DNA of 48,014 nucleotides, from assembly GCA_045863295.1 (NCBI GenBank), contig BTWA01000040.1:1-48014 (forward strand), read 5' to 3'. Positions within the stretch are counted from its first letter, which is position 1, and the number at the start of each line of letters is the position of its first letter. A program made the translations under genes and the position numbers. The DNA comes from Candidatus Hydrogenedentota bacterium. Its GTDB lineage: Bacteria; Hydrogenedentota; Hydrogenedentia; Hydrogenedentales; SLHB01. Positions 36,997 through 46,519 of the stretch are shown here, one piece after another. Below the pieces are notes generated by a model that was not told the DNA's origin, made no database searches, and was given only the letters and a program-made list of their open reading frames with translations.

Positions 36997-37704
36997 ATGA
37001 AGGAACAGCGGGAAGACAAAGTGATAAAGGAAATCCTCGGCGTCGAAAACGCTATTTCGCCGAGCGACATCTTCGCCAAGCAGTTTGGCAAAGCCTCGTT
37101 TGGCGGGTACAACAAGAAGGACGTCGATGACTTTCTCGAAACCATCGCCGACACCCTTGAAGAACTTATTGTCCAGGTCCGGATGCTCAAGGAAAAGAAC
37201 GAGGACCTGCGCAAACAACTGGATGAATTCAAGGAAGTAGAACACGCCCTCCGCGGGGCTCTGGTATCCACGCAAAACATGGGCGACTCGATGCTCGAAT
37301 CGGCCAAACGCGAGGCGGAAGCCATACTCGGCGAAGCCAAATTGAAGCGCGCACAGGCCCAAATCGAAGCGGCCAAAGTGCCCGCGACGCTTTCCCGTGA
37401 CATCCATCTGCTCGAACAGCAGCGCGCGCGCCTGCGGGTTGAAATGATGGCCATCCTGGAAACGCACAAGCGCCTGCTGGACAGTCTTATTCCTCAAGAA
37501 GCCGCCCAAGCGATCACGGGTTTCCTGGATGTTGGCGGCGGTGATCGGCGAACAGCCCCTGCCGCGCACGAACACGTGGTTGAACCGGATGTGCAACCAA
37601 TCAGCGCCTTCGAGGGATCAGTGGATATCGACAACGAGGATGCGGCCGCCGTTTCGGATTTCGGACAGGCAGGCGGCGATTCTCCGGAGGTAGACGGTTC
37701 GTGA
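36997..37704 (+). CDS. divIVA: DivIVA-domain coiled-coil protein
   Basis: ISPSDIFAKQFGKASFGGYNKKDVDDFLE DivIVA N-domain, long coiled coil with AKREAEAILGEA, acidic tail; follows proC. Confidence 0.88.
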   Translation: MKEQREDKVIKEILGVENAISPSDIFAKQFGKASFGGYNKKDVDDFLETIADTLEELIVQVRMLKEKNEDLRKQLDEFKEVEHALRGALVSTQNMGDSMLESAKREAEAILGEAKLKRAQAQIEAAKVPATLSRDIHLLEQQRARLRVEMMAILETHKRLLDSLIPQEAAQAITGFLDVGGGDRRTAPAAHEHVVEPDVQPISAFEGSVDIDNEDAAAVSDFGQAGGDSPEVDGS

Positions 37705-38435
37705 GAATTCTTGGTTTGGTTTTGGCCGCCGCCCTGGTCACGGCGGGAGAGGTGAATACTTTCTTTGATGACTTCGCCAAGAAACGCGAAGGGGTCAAAG
37801 CTGTCTATGCACGATTCACCCAGGAAAACACCACCCCGGACGAAATTCTCGTATCCGAGGGGGAACTCATTTATACCGAACCGAGGCGAATCCTCTTCCG
37901 GTATTTCGATCCGGAGGTCACCTACCTCGTGGATGGCGACCGGATCTACGAATACGACGCCGACTTGGAGCAACTTCAGATCTACGACGTACAGGATCAG
38001 CCCGCCATTGAGGCCATGTTTCTTGGCTTGGACAAGGACACCAGCCGCCTGCGGGAAGCGTTTGATGTTGAACTGTACAAACCGTTGGAAAACGAATGCG
38101 GTACGCAAGGGCTCATGCTGGTACCCAAACCGGCACCTGAGGACGACGAATCCGCGCCGCTGTTCGACAAGGCGCGCATCAATTTGCAGGATCCCCAGTG
38201 GCTCCCCTGCTATGTCCGTGTGGACAACGACGAAGAATCCTACTTTGAAATCAAACTGTCCGACTTCAAATACAATAACGACGTGGACTTGAAACGAGCG
38301 TTCATCACGCTCCCTGAGGGCACGCGCATCATTGAGAACGAACAACTCGTTGAAAAGGTTGGGGCCGGCGGAAAAATCGTGCCTGAATCGAAACCGGAAG
38401 ATGCCGATCTAACAGTCACGGTCCCCAGTGAGTAG
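37701..38435 (+). CDS. Outer-membrane lipoprotein carrier LolA-like protein
   Basis: Short signal peptide; ARFTQE...SEGELIYTEPRRILFRY...LVDGDRIYEYDADLEQL; C-terminal FITLPEGTRII. GTGA overlap with divIVA. Confidence 0.75.
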   Translation: MRILGLVLAAALVTAGEVNTFFDDFAKKREGVKAVYARFTQENTTPDEILVSEGELIYTEPRRILFRYFDPEVTYLVDGDRIYEYDADLEQLQIYDVQDQPAIEAMFLGLDKDTSRLREAFDVELYKPLENECGTQGLMLVPKPAPEDDESAPLFDKARINLQDPQWLPCYVRVDNDEESYFEIKLSDFKYNNDVDLKRAFITLPEGTRIIENEQLVEKVGAGGKIVPESKPEDADLTVTVPSE

Positions 38436-38441
38436 GTCTGG

Positions 38442-39050
38442 ATGAAGCCTCTAATTCTGGCTTCGGCTTCGCCTCGCAGAAAGGCGCTTCTGGGCGCCTT
38501 GGGGCTGACGTTCGAAGTCACGACAAGCCATGCCCTGGAAATCGACGAGGGTTCCTCGCCTGAGGAAATCGTTCTCAGCAACGCGAGACGTAAGCGGGAT
38601 GAAGTGGCCGAGCGCCTCCACCGGGATGCCATCATCATCGCCGCCGATACTCTCGTCTTTCTCGATCAGCATGTTCTAAGCAAGCCGAAAGATGTGGCCG
38701 AAGCCCACACCATGCTCCGGATGTTGTCCGGCAATACTCATCAAGTTGTTACCGGCTTAGCCATTATCGATACCGGCACGGGGCAAGCCGTTGAAGGCCA
38801 CGAGTGCACCGACGTAACGTTTCGCGATCTCTCGGACGAGGAAATTGCGCATTTCGTGCATGCGGTAAACCCGGTCGATCGCGCAGGCGCCTATACGGTC
38901 GATGGCCCCGGGAGCCTACTGGTGGCCCGATACAATGGGTGCTATCAAAACGTGCTTGGGTTGCCTATTGTGAGACTAGATAGTCTATTGAAAAAGTTGA
39001 ATGTCTCGCTTATTGAAGAAATGGACACAAACAAAACAGTCTTTCTTTGA
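38442..39050 (+). CDS. maf: Maf-family nucleoside triphosphate pyrophosphatase
   Basis: LILASASPRRKALL, IIAADTLV, KPKD, LSGNTHQVVTG, DRAGAY, GCYQNVLGLP. Confidence 0.95.
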   Translation: MKPLILASASPRRKALLGALGLTFEVTTSHALEIDEGSSPEEIVLSNARRKRDEVAERLHRDAIIIAADTLVFLDQHVLSKPKDVAEAHTMLRMLSGNTHQVVTGLAIIDTGTGQAVEGHECTDVTFRDLSDEEIAHFVHAVNPVDRAGAYTVDGPGSLLVARYNGCYQNVLGLPIVRLDSLLKKLNVSLIEEMDTNKTVFL

Positions 39051-39129
39051 TCCCAAGAGTACTCCAGGCGGAACACCCAATTCGACTGAAATTCGATACC
39101 GGATGCTGCCGAGCGAGAGGCGCCAAACA

Positions 39130-39303
39130 ATGCCGTTGAACGAAGTTCACCTGCTCTATTTCGTGTTCTTTCCCGTCGCACTTTTTGTTATTTGGCGCCT
39201 AAACCTAAAAACCGGCGCATCCCGGCCGTTCTTTCGATCCTTGTTCTACTCCATGCTTCTAACGGTCGCCATTCTCGTTTTGTTAATCGCGTCAAGTAAA
39301 TAA
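39130..39303 (+). CDS. Small (57 aa) two-TM membrane protein
   Basis: GAGAGG RBS before ATG 39130; two hydrophobic segments separated by a basic loop (RLNLKTGASRPFFR). Confidence 0.45.
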   Translation: MPLNEVHLLYFVFFPVALFVIWRLNLKTGASRPFFRSLFYSMLLTVAILVLLIASSK

Positions 39304-39327
39304 GCGACACATTCAACCACAGGATCC

Positions 39328-42282
39328 CTACACCTTTTCCTTCAAGAACTGGCCGGTGTACGATTCCTTCACTTTTGCTACATCTTCCGGAGTTCCTGTC
39401 GCGATAATCCTGCCGCCTCTATCGCCGCCTTCAGGTCCCAGGTCGATAATCCAGTCCGCTGTGCGAATCACGTCCAGATTGTGTTCTATCACCACGACCG
39501 AATTGCCGCCTTCCACAAGGCGGTGTAATACCTGCAACAACTTGTCCACGTCCACGGCATGCAACCCCGTCGTTGGCTCGTCGAGGATGTACAATGTTCT
39601 GCCTGTCTGCCGCTTCGAGAGTTCTGTCGCCAGTTTGACGCGTTGCGCTTCGCCGCCGCTCAACGTTGTCGCCGCCTGCCCCAACCGGATGTACCCAAGA
39701 CCTACATCGTTCAATGTCGCCAACTTCTCGTAGACGGCGGGCACGTTGAGAAAGAACTGGCATCCTTCCTCGACGGTCATGTCGAGCACCTCAAAAATGT
39801 TTTTGCCTTTGAAACGAATCTCCAGGGTGTCCCGGTTGTACCGCATGCCCCCGCACTCTTCGCATGGCACATACACATCCGGCAGGAAATGCATTTCGAT
39901 CTTTATGACGCCGTCGCCTTCGCACGTCTCGCAACGCCCGCCTTTCACATTAAAGCTAAATCGCCCTGGTAGATACCCTCGCGCGCGCGCTTCCGCCGTC
40001 TTGCTGAAGATATCGCGGATCGGCGTAAACAACCCGGTATACGTCGCCGGGTTCGAACGAGGCGTCCTTCCTATCGGGGATTGATCAATATCGATTACTT
40101 TGTCGATGTACTGTAAACCATCGATGCGATCATGCTTTCCAGGGCGAACTCGCGCTTGAACGGAAACCTCTTTCTGCGCCGCCGGGAACAGCGTCTCATT
40201 AATTAGACTCGACTTGCCGGAACCCGAGACGCCCGTTATGCACGTAAATATGCCCAAGGGAATCTCTGCATCGACTCCCTTCAAATTGTTGTGACATGCC
40301 CCGCGCACGACAATGCTTTTCCCATTGCTCTTGCGCCGCTTGGCCGGCTGGTGAATCTGAAACGTGCCCGCGAGATACTGGCCCGTCCAGGAGTTTTTGA
40401 CCTTGGCTACCTCCGAGGGCGACCCCTCCGCCACGATAGTGCCGCCATGCACCCCTGCACCCGGACCTAGATCAATTACATAGTCCGCTGTGCGCACAGT
40501 GTCTTCGTCATGCTCCACCACGATCACCGTGTTGCCGAGATCGCGCAAGCGTTTCAGCGTCACGATCAACTTCTCATTGTCCCGTTGGTGCAACCCGATG
40601 CTCGGTTCGTCAAGGATGTAGAGCACTCCCATGAGCCCGGATCCAATCTGCGTCGCCAACCGGATCCGCTGCGATTCGCCGCCGGATAGCGTGCCCGCAT
40701 TGCGGTCCAGCGCAAGATAATCCAACCCCACATTGTCCAGAAACCCAAGCCGTTCACGAATTTCCTTCAACACCCGCTCTGCAATCATTTTCTCGGTCTT
40801 GCTCAGGGTCATGCCTTTGAAATAGTGCAACGCGTCGCCGATGGACATGCCCGTCACGTCCATAATCGTTTTTCCGGAAACAGTCACTGCAAGTGACTCG
40901 GGACGCAACCGCGCGCCCTTGCAAGATGGACACGGCCGGGACGACATGTACTCGGCGATCATCTCCCTCGCGCGCGGACTTTCCGTTTCTTTGTATCGCC
41001 GTTCAAGGTTCGGAATGACACCCTCGAATTGACGCCACATCTCGACGCTCTTCCGCGAGGTGCTGTAGGAAAAGTCCACCATCTCTTCGCCCGAACCGTA
41101 CAACACCTTTTGCTTGAACTCTTCCGGCAATTTGTTCCATGGCTTGTCCGGCTTCTGCTTGTAATGACGGCACACGCATTCCAATGCCCGGCGGTACATG
41201 GCATCCAGCACACGCCGCACGCTCCAAGGCCGAATCGCACCGCCTTCAATGGAAAGCGTGGGATCCGGCACCACCAAGTCCGGATCGACTTCAATGGTGG
41301 TTCCAAGACCCGTGCACGTAGGGCATGCGCCATGCGGATTGTTGAACGAAAACATGCGCGGGCTCAGCTCTTCGAAACTGATCCCGCAATCAATACACGC
41401 GAAGTGCTCGCTCTGCAATGTCTCCTTGACCGTCTTGTCGGCCGCTTCCTGCCAAATGCGAATGATGCCCTCGCCCAACTTCAGACACGTCTCCACTGAG
41501 TCCGTCAGCCGCCTCGCAATGCCTTCCTTCACCACAAGTCGGTCCACGACCACGTCGATGTCATGCTTGACATAGCGCTCCATGGGAATCGCGTCGTCAA
41601 CGGAATAGAATGTGCCGTCCACCCGCACCCGCACGTAGCCCTGCCGCTTTACCTCTTCAATCAATTTGCCGTACGTGCCTTTTCGTTGCCGTACGACTGG
41701 GGCCATCAACTGCACCCGCGTTCCCTCGGGCAAAGACACCACCCCGTCAACAATCGACTGCGGTGTTTGGGATTGAATGGGCTTGCCGCAATTCGGGCAG
41801 TGCGGCTTCCCAATTCGCGCAAATAACAAGCGAAGATAATCGTAGATTTCCGTCACCGTCCCCACGGTCGAACGCGGGTTACGGTGCGTCGTTTTCTGCT
41901 CAATGGAAATAGCCGGACTCAAGCCCTCGATGTAATCCACATCCGGCTTGTCCATTTGCTCCAGGAACTGCCGCGCATACGCGGACAGACTCTCCACATA
42001 CCGACGTTGTCCCTCGGCGTAGATCGTGTCAAACGCCAGACTCGACTTTCCTGATCCACTCAACCCGGTAATTACAACCAGTTTGTCCCTCGGAATCGAG
42101 ACATGAATGTTCTTAAGGTTGTGCTCCCGCGCTCCGCGAATGACAATGGCGTCGTGTATAGCTGATTTAGATTCGCCGCCCCTGGCTGATTTTGAACGGC
42201 TTCCCCCGTTTCGCTTGGCAGGCACAGGCTTAATTGCAGGTGATGGAGGAACCGTCGAACCCTTAGTCGATTTGGGTGCCAT
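39328..42282 (-). CDS. uvrA: Excinuclease ABC subunit A
   Basis: [18 protein letters not shown], zinc-finger Cys pairs, [43 protein letters not shown]. Start set to ATG 42282. Confidence 0.98.
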   Translation of the reverse strand: MAPKSTKGSTVPPSPAIKPVPAKRNGGSRSKSARGGESKSAIHDAIVIRGAREHNLKNIHVSIPRDKLVVITGLSGSGKSSLAFDTIYAEGQRRYVESLSAYARQFLEQMDKPDVDYIEGLSPAISIEQKTTHRNPRSTVGTVTEIYDYLRLLFARIGKPHCPNCGKPIQSQTPQSIVDGVVSLPEGTRVQLMAPVVRQRKGTYGKLIEEVKRQGYVRVRVDGTFYSVDDAIPMERYVKHDIDVVVDRLVVKEGIARRLTDSVETCLKLGEGIIRIWQEAADKTVKETLQSEHFACIDCGISFEELSPRMFSFNNPHGACPTCTGLGTTIEVDPDLVVPDPTLSIEGGAIRPWSVRRVLDAMYRRALECVCRHYKQKPDKPWNKLPEEFKQKVLYGSGEEMVDFSYSTSRKSVEMWRQFEGVIPNLERRYKETESPRAREMIAEYMSSRPCPSCKGARLRPESLAVTVSGKTIMDVTGMSIGDALHYFKGMTLSKTEKMIAERVLKEIRERLGFLDNVGLDYLALDRNAGTLSGGESQRIRLATQIGSGLMGVLYILDEPSIGLHQRDNEKLIVTLKRLRDLGNTVIVVEHDEDTVRTADYVIDLGPGAGVHGGTIVAEGSPSEVAKVKNSWTGQYLAGTFQIHQPAKRRKSNGKSIVVRGACHNNLKGVDAEIPLGIFTCITGVSGSGKSSLINETLFPAAQKEVSVQARVRPGKHDRIDGLQYIDKVIDIDQSPIGRTPRSNPATYTGLFTPIRDIFSKTAEARARGYLPGRFSFNVKGGRCETCEGDGVIKIEMHFLPDVYVPCEECGGMRYNRDTLEIRFKGKNIFEVLDMTVEEGCQFFLNVPAVYEKLATLNDVGLGYIRLGQAATTLSGGEAQRVKLATELSKRQTGRTLYILDEPTTGLHAVDVDKLLQVLHRLVEGGNSVVVIEHNLDVIRTADWIIDLGPEGGDRGGRIIATGTPEDVAKVKESYTGQFLKEKV

Positions 42283-42520
42283 AAAGTGGATGTACTCCGT
42301 AAAATAACTGCACAGCCATGCTGGCATATTGGGTGTTTTTAGAGGATGGCATACGTTCCGCCAAGGCATCGCCTCAGGCGAACGAGTAAAGTTGGCGCCA
42401 AGCCGACAACCAAGCACTTACCCGATGGAGATAGCTTATCAGAAAAGGAATTGACTTCGCAGCTACCAGATGTGGCGGCAGGAATTGACCCGGCTGATAA
42501 TGAAAGGAATGTTAATCAGA

Positions 42521-42611
<91 letters not shown>

Positions 42612-42625
42612 ACAGGCCAGCGAAA

Positions 42626-42655
42626 AGGGTAGCATTTGACAGCCGATTTTTGCAA
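42626..42655 (-). promoter_or_regulatory. Putative sigma-70 promoter of tRNA-Ser
   Basis: Minus strand TTGCAA, 18-nt spacer ending TGC, then TACCCT (extended -10), about 14 nt before the tRNA 5' end. Confidence 0.4.
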
Positions 42656-42680
42656 ATGGTGCGGCAATCGCACCCAATTT

Positions 42681-42705
42681 CAGGCTTCAGGCGACTGACT
42701 TCAGG
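42681..42705. repeat. Heptamer tandem repeat, left flank of the four-helix-bundle gene
   Basis: CAGGCTT-CAGGCGA-CTGACTT-CAGG; inverted relative to 43087-43114. Confidence 0.6.
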
Positions 42706-42712
42706 AAGCGAA

Positions 42713-43075
42713 ACGAGAGATCGCGGAAAACGAATCGTTTTTGCATTGGCCGATTAGTGGGCTTTGGCGGCCTATGCCAGAACGAAGTCGCTTCCACAGG
42801 AAAAAGTATTCGGACTAAGGTCGCAAATGCGACGTGCGGCCGGCTCTGTCGCCTTCACTATTGTGGAAGGTTTTGCGCGACAGTCTTCCACCGAGTATGT
42901 CCGCCTTATTGAAGTTGCCTATGCTTCGTATTGCGAAGTGGAATACCAAATTGCACTTGCAATAAGACTTGGCGGCGTAACGAAGCGTGACGGCGATTCG
43001 CTCTCCGGCCATTGCGTAGAAGCGAGCACCGTTCTGAACGGCATAATCCGAGCCCTCCCTGCAAAAGACGCGTAG
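42713..43075 (+). pseudogene. Four-helix-bundle protein (23S rRNA IVS protein / S23-like family) pseudogene
   Basis: In frame: T(ACG)RDRGKRIVFALAD*(TAG 42755-42757)WALAAYARTKSLPQEKVFGLRSQMRRAAGSVAFTIVEGFAR...EYVRLIEVAYAS. The family motif is recognisable, but the start codon reads ACG and there is an internal stop. Confidence 0.75.
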
Positions 43076-43086
43076 CGTATGCTGGG

Positions 43087-43114
43087 GCCTGTCGCCTGAA
43101 GTCTACAGCCTGAC
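43087..43114. repeat. Heptamer tandem repeat, right flank of the four-helix-bundle gene
   Basis: GCCTGTC-GCCTGAA-GTCTACA-GCCTGAC. GTCGCCTGAAG (43091-43101) is the exact reverse complement of CTTCAGGCGAC (42685-42695). Confidence 0.6.
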
Positions 43115-43202
43115 CAGTAGCCTTTTCACCAATTCTATGTTATCCTCATATGTGAAGGTTTAACAGCCACTTGGGCACGGCTGCCTTCGCGAGGGTCAAA
43201 CC

Positions 43203-44012
43203 ATGGGCTTGCGCATTAACAACGATGCTCCCGCGCTTCAGGCCACGCGCCAACTGGGCCAAACCACGCGTAACCTGTTGCGGGGTTTGGAACAACAAGC
43301 CTCTCTGCAGCGTATCAACCGGGCTGCGGACGATGCCGCCGGTTTGGCCATTTCCGAGAATTTCCGCTCTCAGATCCGGCAATTGGAAACCGAAATTGGC
43401 AGCCTCCAGACGGGCGTCAATTACCTACAGACCGCTGAAGGCGGGCTAGACGTGCAAACTGAAGGCCTGCAACGGGTCCGGGAACTGGCGGTCCAAGCCT
43501 CCAACGGCACCCTCACGGACGACCAACGGGCTGCCCTAAACGAAGAAGCCCAGCAAATCCTTCAACAATTTGACGAGACCGCGGCCAACACGGAGTTTAA
43601 CGGCACCAATCCGCTCGACGGTTCTCAGCCCACGGTAAACATCGGTACGGAAAGCGGTATCCAAATTGCCGTCCAGGAATCCACGACCAACGCGCTCGGT
43701 CTTAATGGTCTCGATATCAGTACGGCCGCCGGCGCCAACAACGCCCTGAATCAAGTCGACAATGCGCTCAATCAGATTAGCCAGAACCGCTCCGCGATTG
43801 GCGCCCAGCAGAACCGTCTCGAGCGGGGCATCGAACAGCGCCAAATCGAATCCCTGAACAGCCAGGACGCCGAATCCCGCATTCGCGGATTGGATATTGC
43901 CCGGTCATTTATTGAACAAAGCCGGAATCAAATTCTTCAGCAAACCGGCTTGAGCGCTCTCATCCAATCCCGTGTCTCCAACCAGAACGCGGCACGTTTG
44001 TTGGGCGGATGA
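43203..44012 (+). CDS. fliC: Flagellin (minimal D0/D1 type, divergent, orphan)
   Basis: MGLRINND, RINRAADDAAGLAISE, QTAEGGL, LQRVRELAVQASNGT, TEFNG, RSAIGAQQNRL, AESRIR, NQILQQ. Confidence 0.9.
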   Translation: MGLRINNDAPALQATRQLGQTTRNLLRGLEQQASLQRINRAADDAAGLAISENFRSQIRQLETEIGSLQTGVNYLQTAEGGLDVQTEGLQRVRELAVQASNGTLTDDQRAALNEEAQQILQQFDETAANTEFNGTNPLDGSQPTVNIGTESGIQIAVQESTTNALGLNGLDISTAAGANNALNQVDNALNQISQNRSAIGAQQNRLERGIEQRQIESLNSQDAESRIRGLDIARSFIEQSRNQILQQTGLSALIQSRVSNQNAARLLGG

Positions 44013-44036
44013 TTCAGTTCGATTCTCTGCTGTTGG

Positions 44037-45941
44037 TTACTGAATAAGAATCGATGCTTCCTGGGCCCAAAACCAGTATTCGTCTCGCATGAGGTGTGCT
44101 CTAAGCCGCTCTGGATATCCCAGGATCTGAGCGCTTTCCAAAAATGCATCCCGGTTGGGTAGCGCGATGTCTTCCGGTAAATACGCCAGTTTCCCCAGTA
44201 TTTCTGACAACCAAGCCATGGAAGCCGCAAAGGAGGGAAACGCATCCAATTCCGGCCACAAAGCCGCCTCCGTATGACCCAGGCAACGTGTCGCCACTTC
44301 CGGCCTCAATATCTCCAAGACCCGAAGCAAATCCGCCGCATCGCCCTCATAGTCCCACCCCGTCCGATCGCCATCATCGATCAACGCCAAATCCGCGCAT
44401 ATCTCGTCCAGGATCGTCTCGGCCTTACGCTGCAACAGGGCTGCGGCCTGGACAAAACGGCCTGTTTGCTCATACACCTGGACCAGCAGCCAATGGGTCC
44501 GCTGATTCTCCGGCAGCCGTTTCAGCGCGGCTTCGGCCTCATCGAACCGGCGACGCGCGATTTGCAATCGCACAAACGGTTCGATGCACTCATCAAGATC
44601 GGCCGGGTGCTCCTCCAGGAACGATTCAAGCAGCCGCCCGGCATTCTCGAAATCGCCCGCGTCCAGAAGTACACCCGCCAGACGTCTTACGGCCTCTTGG
44701 CCCCGGTTGGCGCCGCGGCATCGCATGGCCTTCTCCAACTGGCGCCGCTCTTCGGACGCATCGCCACGGCAGTGAAAATACGACGCGAGCGCCAGATGAA
44801 ATGCATACGGACTCGTGGAAACGCTTTGCCGAAGCGTGGACATACGCACGGCCCGGCTGTAGCCGTCGATTAGTTTCAACGAACGAAATTGCTCCGCCAC
44901 CTGATTTGCGTCGGATTCCACCGGCGCCGGTGGCGCATACTCCCGGCCTTGATAGCGTTCCCACAAGGGTATCAACGCTTCTCGAACTTCCTCGAAACGC
45001 TGCCAACGACGTTTGGGATTCTTCTCCAGGCATTTCATCAGAATCCGGTCCAACTCCTGCGGACAGGCCTCGACCCGTTCCAACAGAGGCGCCGGATGTA
45101 CGCGCTCGTGAAATTCTTTCCAACGCAAGACTTCCTCAAGGGGTGTGCTCGCGCGGATGGTGAACATACGTTCGCCGGTCAATGCTTCATAAAAGCAACA
45201 GCCCAACGCATAAATGTCGGCGGACTGATTCACCTTGTCTGCCGCAAAAAACTGCTCGGGCGCCATATAGGCCGGTGTGCCGAATGCCGTGCCCACTTGG
45301 GTCAGTCCCGGCAATTCTGGAGTCTCGGCCGCGAGCATCAGGGCCAGACTCTCTCCCATGTTGCTGCGCACCAAGCCAAAATCGGAGACCTTGAGCGTGC
45401 CGTCTTTCGAAATGAAAAGATTCTCAGGCTTCAAGTCGCGATGAACCAGGCCTTCCACCGCTCTCGTGGCGTGCGCCATACCTTCACAACACTGCAATGC
45501 CAGGTCAATAGTCTGCCCCACGCTCAGCGGCCCCCGCTGCAGATGATCTGCCATGGACACGCCGATGCCGTCCTGCGGCTCTATGTATTCCATGAATAAA
45601 TAGGGCGTGCCGTCGATAATGTCGATGGAGTATGCCTGTACGACGTTGCGGTGAAACCCAAGGAGTATCCAGGTCCGGGATTCCCGAAGAAACCGTTCCA
45701 CCAAGGGGAGGTTTTGGGCAAACCGGTGCTGGAACGTCTTGATCGCCAGGAGCCGGTCACCGTCGGATACGATATACACCATTCCCATTCCGCTCTTGCC
45801 TGGCCCGCCTTGAACGGAATGAATGGTGAACCGCTCATCAATACGTGGAAGCGGATTGGGATGCCCGAGCAAACGGATTTCACCGTCGGGCAGGATTACG
45901 GTAGGGGCTTGCGAATCCGTCTTGCGGGGATCACTGGTCAC
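44037..45941 (-). CDS. Hanks-type Ser/Thr protein kinase with C-terminal TPR-like repeats
   Basis: GGPGKSGMGMVY, AIKT, HRDLKPEN, VSDFGL, GTPAYMAPEQ, DIYALG; helical repeats (LAGVLLDAGDFENA; YEQTGRFVQAA); no TM segment. Confidence 0.92.
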   Translation of the reverse strand: MTSDPRKTDSQAPTVILPDGEIRLLGHPNPLPRIDERFTIHSVQGGPGKSGMGMVYIVSDGDRLLAIKTFQHRFAQNLPLVERFLRESRTWILLGFHRNVVQAYSIDIIDGTPYLFMEYIEPQDGIGVSMADHLQRGPLSVGQTIDLALQCCEGMAHATRAVEGLVHRDLKPENLFISKDGTLKVSDFGLVRSNMGESLALMLAAETPELPGLTQVGTAFGTPAYMAPEQFFAADKVNQSADIYALGCCFYEALTGERMFTIRASTPLEEVLRWKEFHERVHPAPLLERVEACPQELDRILMKCLEKNPKRRWQRFEEVREALIPLWERYQGREYAPPAPVESDANQVAEQFRSLKLIDGYSRAVRMSTLRQSVSTSPYAFHLALASYFHCRGDASEERRQLEKAMRCRGANRGQEAVRRLAGVLLDAGDFENAGRLLESFLEEHPADLDECIEPFVRLQIARRRFDEAEAALKRLPENQRTHWLLVQVYEQTGRFVQAAALLQRKAETILDEICADLALIDDGDRTGWDYEGDAADLLRVLEILRPEVATRCLGHTEAALWPELDAFPSFAASMAWLSEILGKLAYLPEDIALPNRDAFLESAQILGYPERLRAHLMRDEYWFWAQEASILIQ

Positions 45942-45980
45942 AGGACAACCTGCCTCCGTCCATTGTCCCCCGACAACGGA

Positions 45981-46334
45981 TTAATTCTCGCTCTCTCTGG
46001 ACAAAGTGGCTAGAGCGTCGGTCACATTCGGCAAAATTGTATACAAGCTGGCAAGATTCGTAATTTGGAACACTTCGGCTACGAAAGGTGTTAACCCGCA
46101 CAGCACGATTCGGCCGCCCGACTTTGCCAGCGTCTTTGACACCATCACGAGGATCCGCAGCCCTCCGCTGCTGATGTAATCCACACCGCTCATATCCACG
46201 ATCAAGCTCGATGGCGAATTCGCCAGCACGCTTCGGAACATCTGCTCCGCGTCGGACGCGGAACCCGCGTCAAATCGCCCCGACAGTGTGATGACAGCCG
46301 GACCCTCCGGCGAATTCAATATCCTGAATTCCAT
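45981..46334 (-). CDS. STAS-domain anti-sigma-factor antagonist (SpoIIAA/RsbV-like)
   Basis: ITLSGRFDA, LIVDMSGVDYISSGGLRIL (phosphorylatable Ser), VAEVFQITNL. Confidence 0.92.
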   Translation of the reverse strand: MEFRILNSPEGPAVITLSGRFDAGSASDAEQMFRSVLANSPSSLIVDMSGVDYISSGGLRILVMVSKTLAKSGGRIVLCGLTPFVAEVFQITNLASLYTILPNVTDALATLSRESEN

Positions 46335-46519
46335 GCGTTACTTCCGTTTTCAAGCCGCTGAACAGCGTGACAGCATAGCGCAAAGGCCCGTTCCGCTGCC
46401 AATGGCATACGGCCCATTGCGCCCTTGGGCATATTCAACTATGCTGAAAGTCCCCTCAGCAACTTCCCCCAGCGTTCGAATTCCATATTGAGTCGTTGGA
46501 TATCAAGAGGAGGTCCGCC

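Noticed and set aside
42290..42520. LexA/SOS box upstream of uvrA
   Set aside because: No CTGT-N8-ACAG or GAAC-N4-GTTC palindrome could be identified by eye.
42755..42757. TAG recoding (pyrrolysine or readthrough) in the four-helix-bundle ORF
   Set aside because: The start codon is also lost and conserved residues are eroded, consistent with a pseudogene; TAG acts as a normal stop elsewhere in the window.
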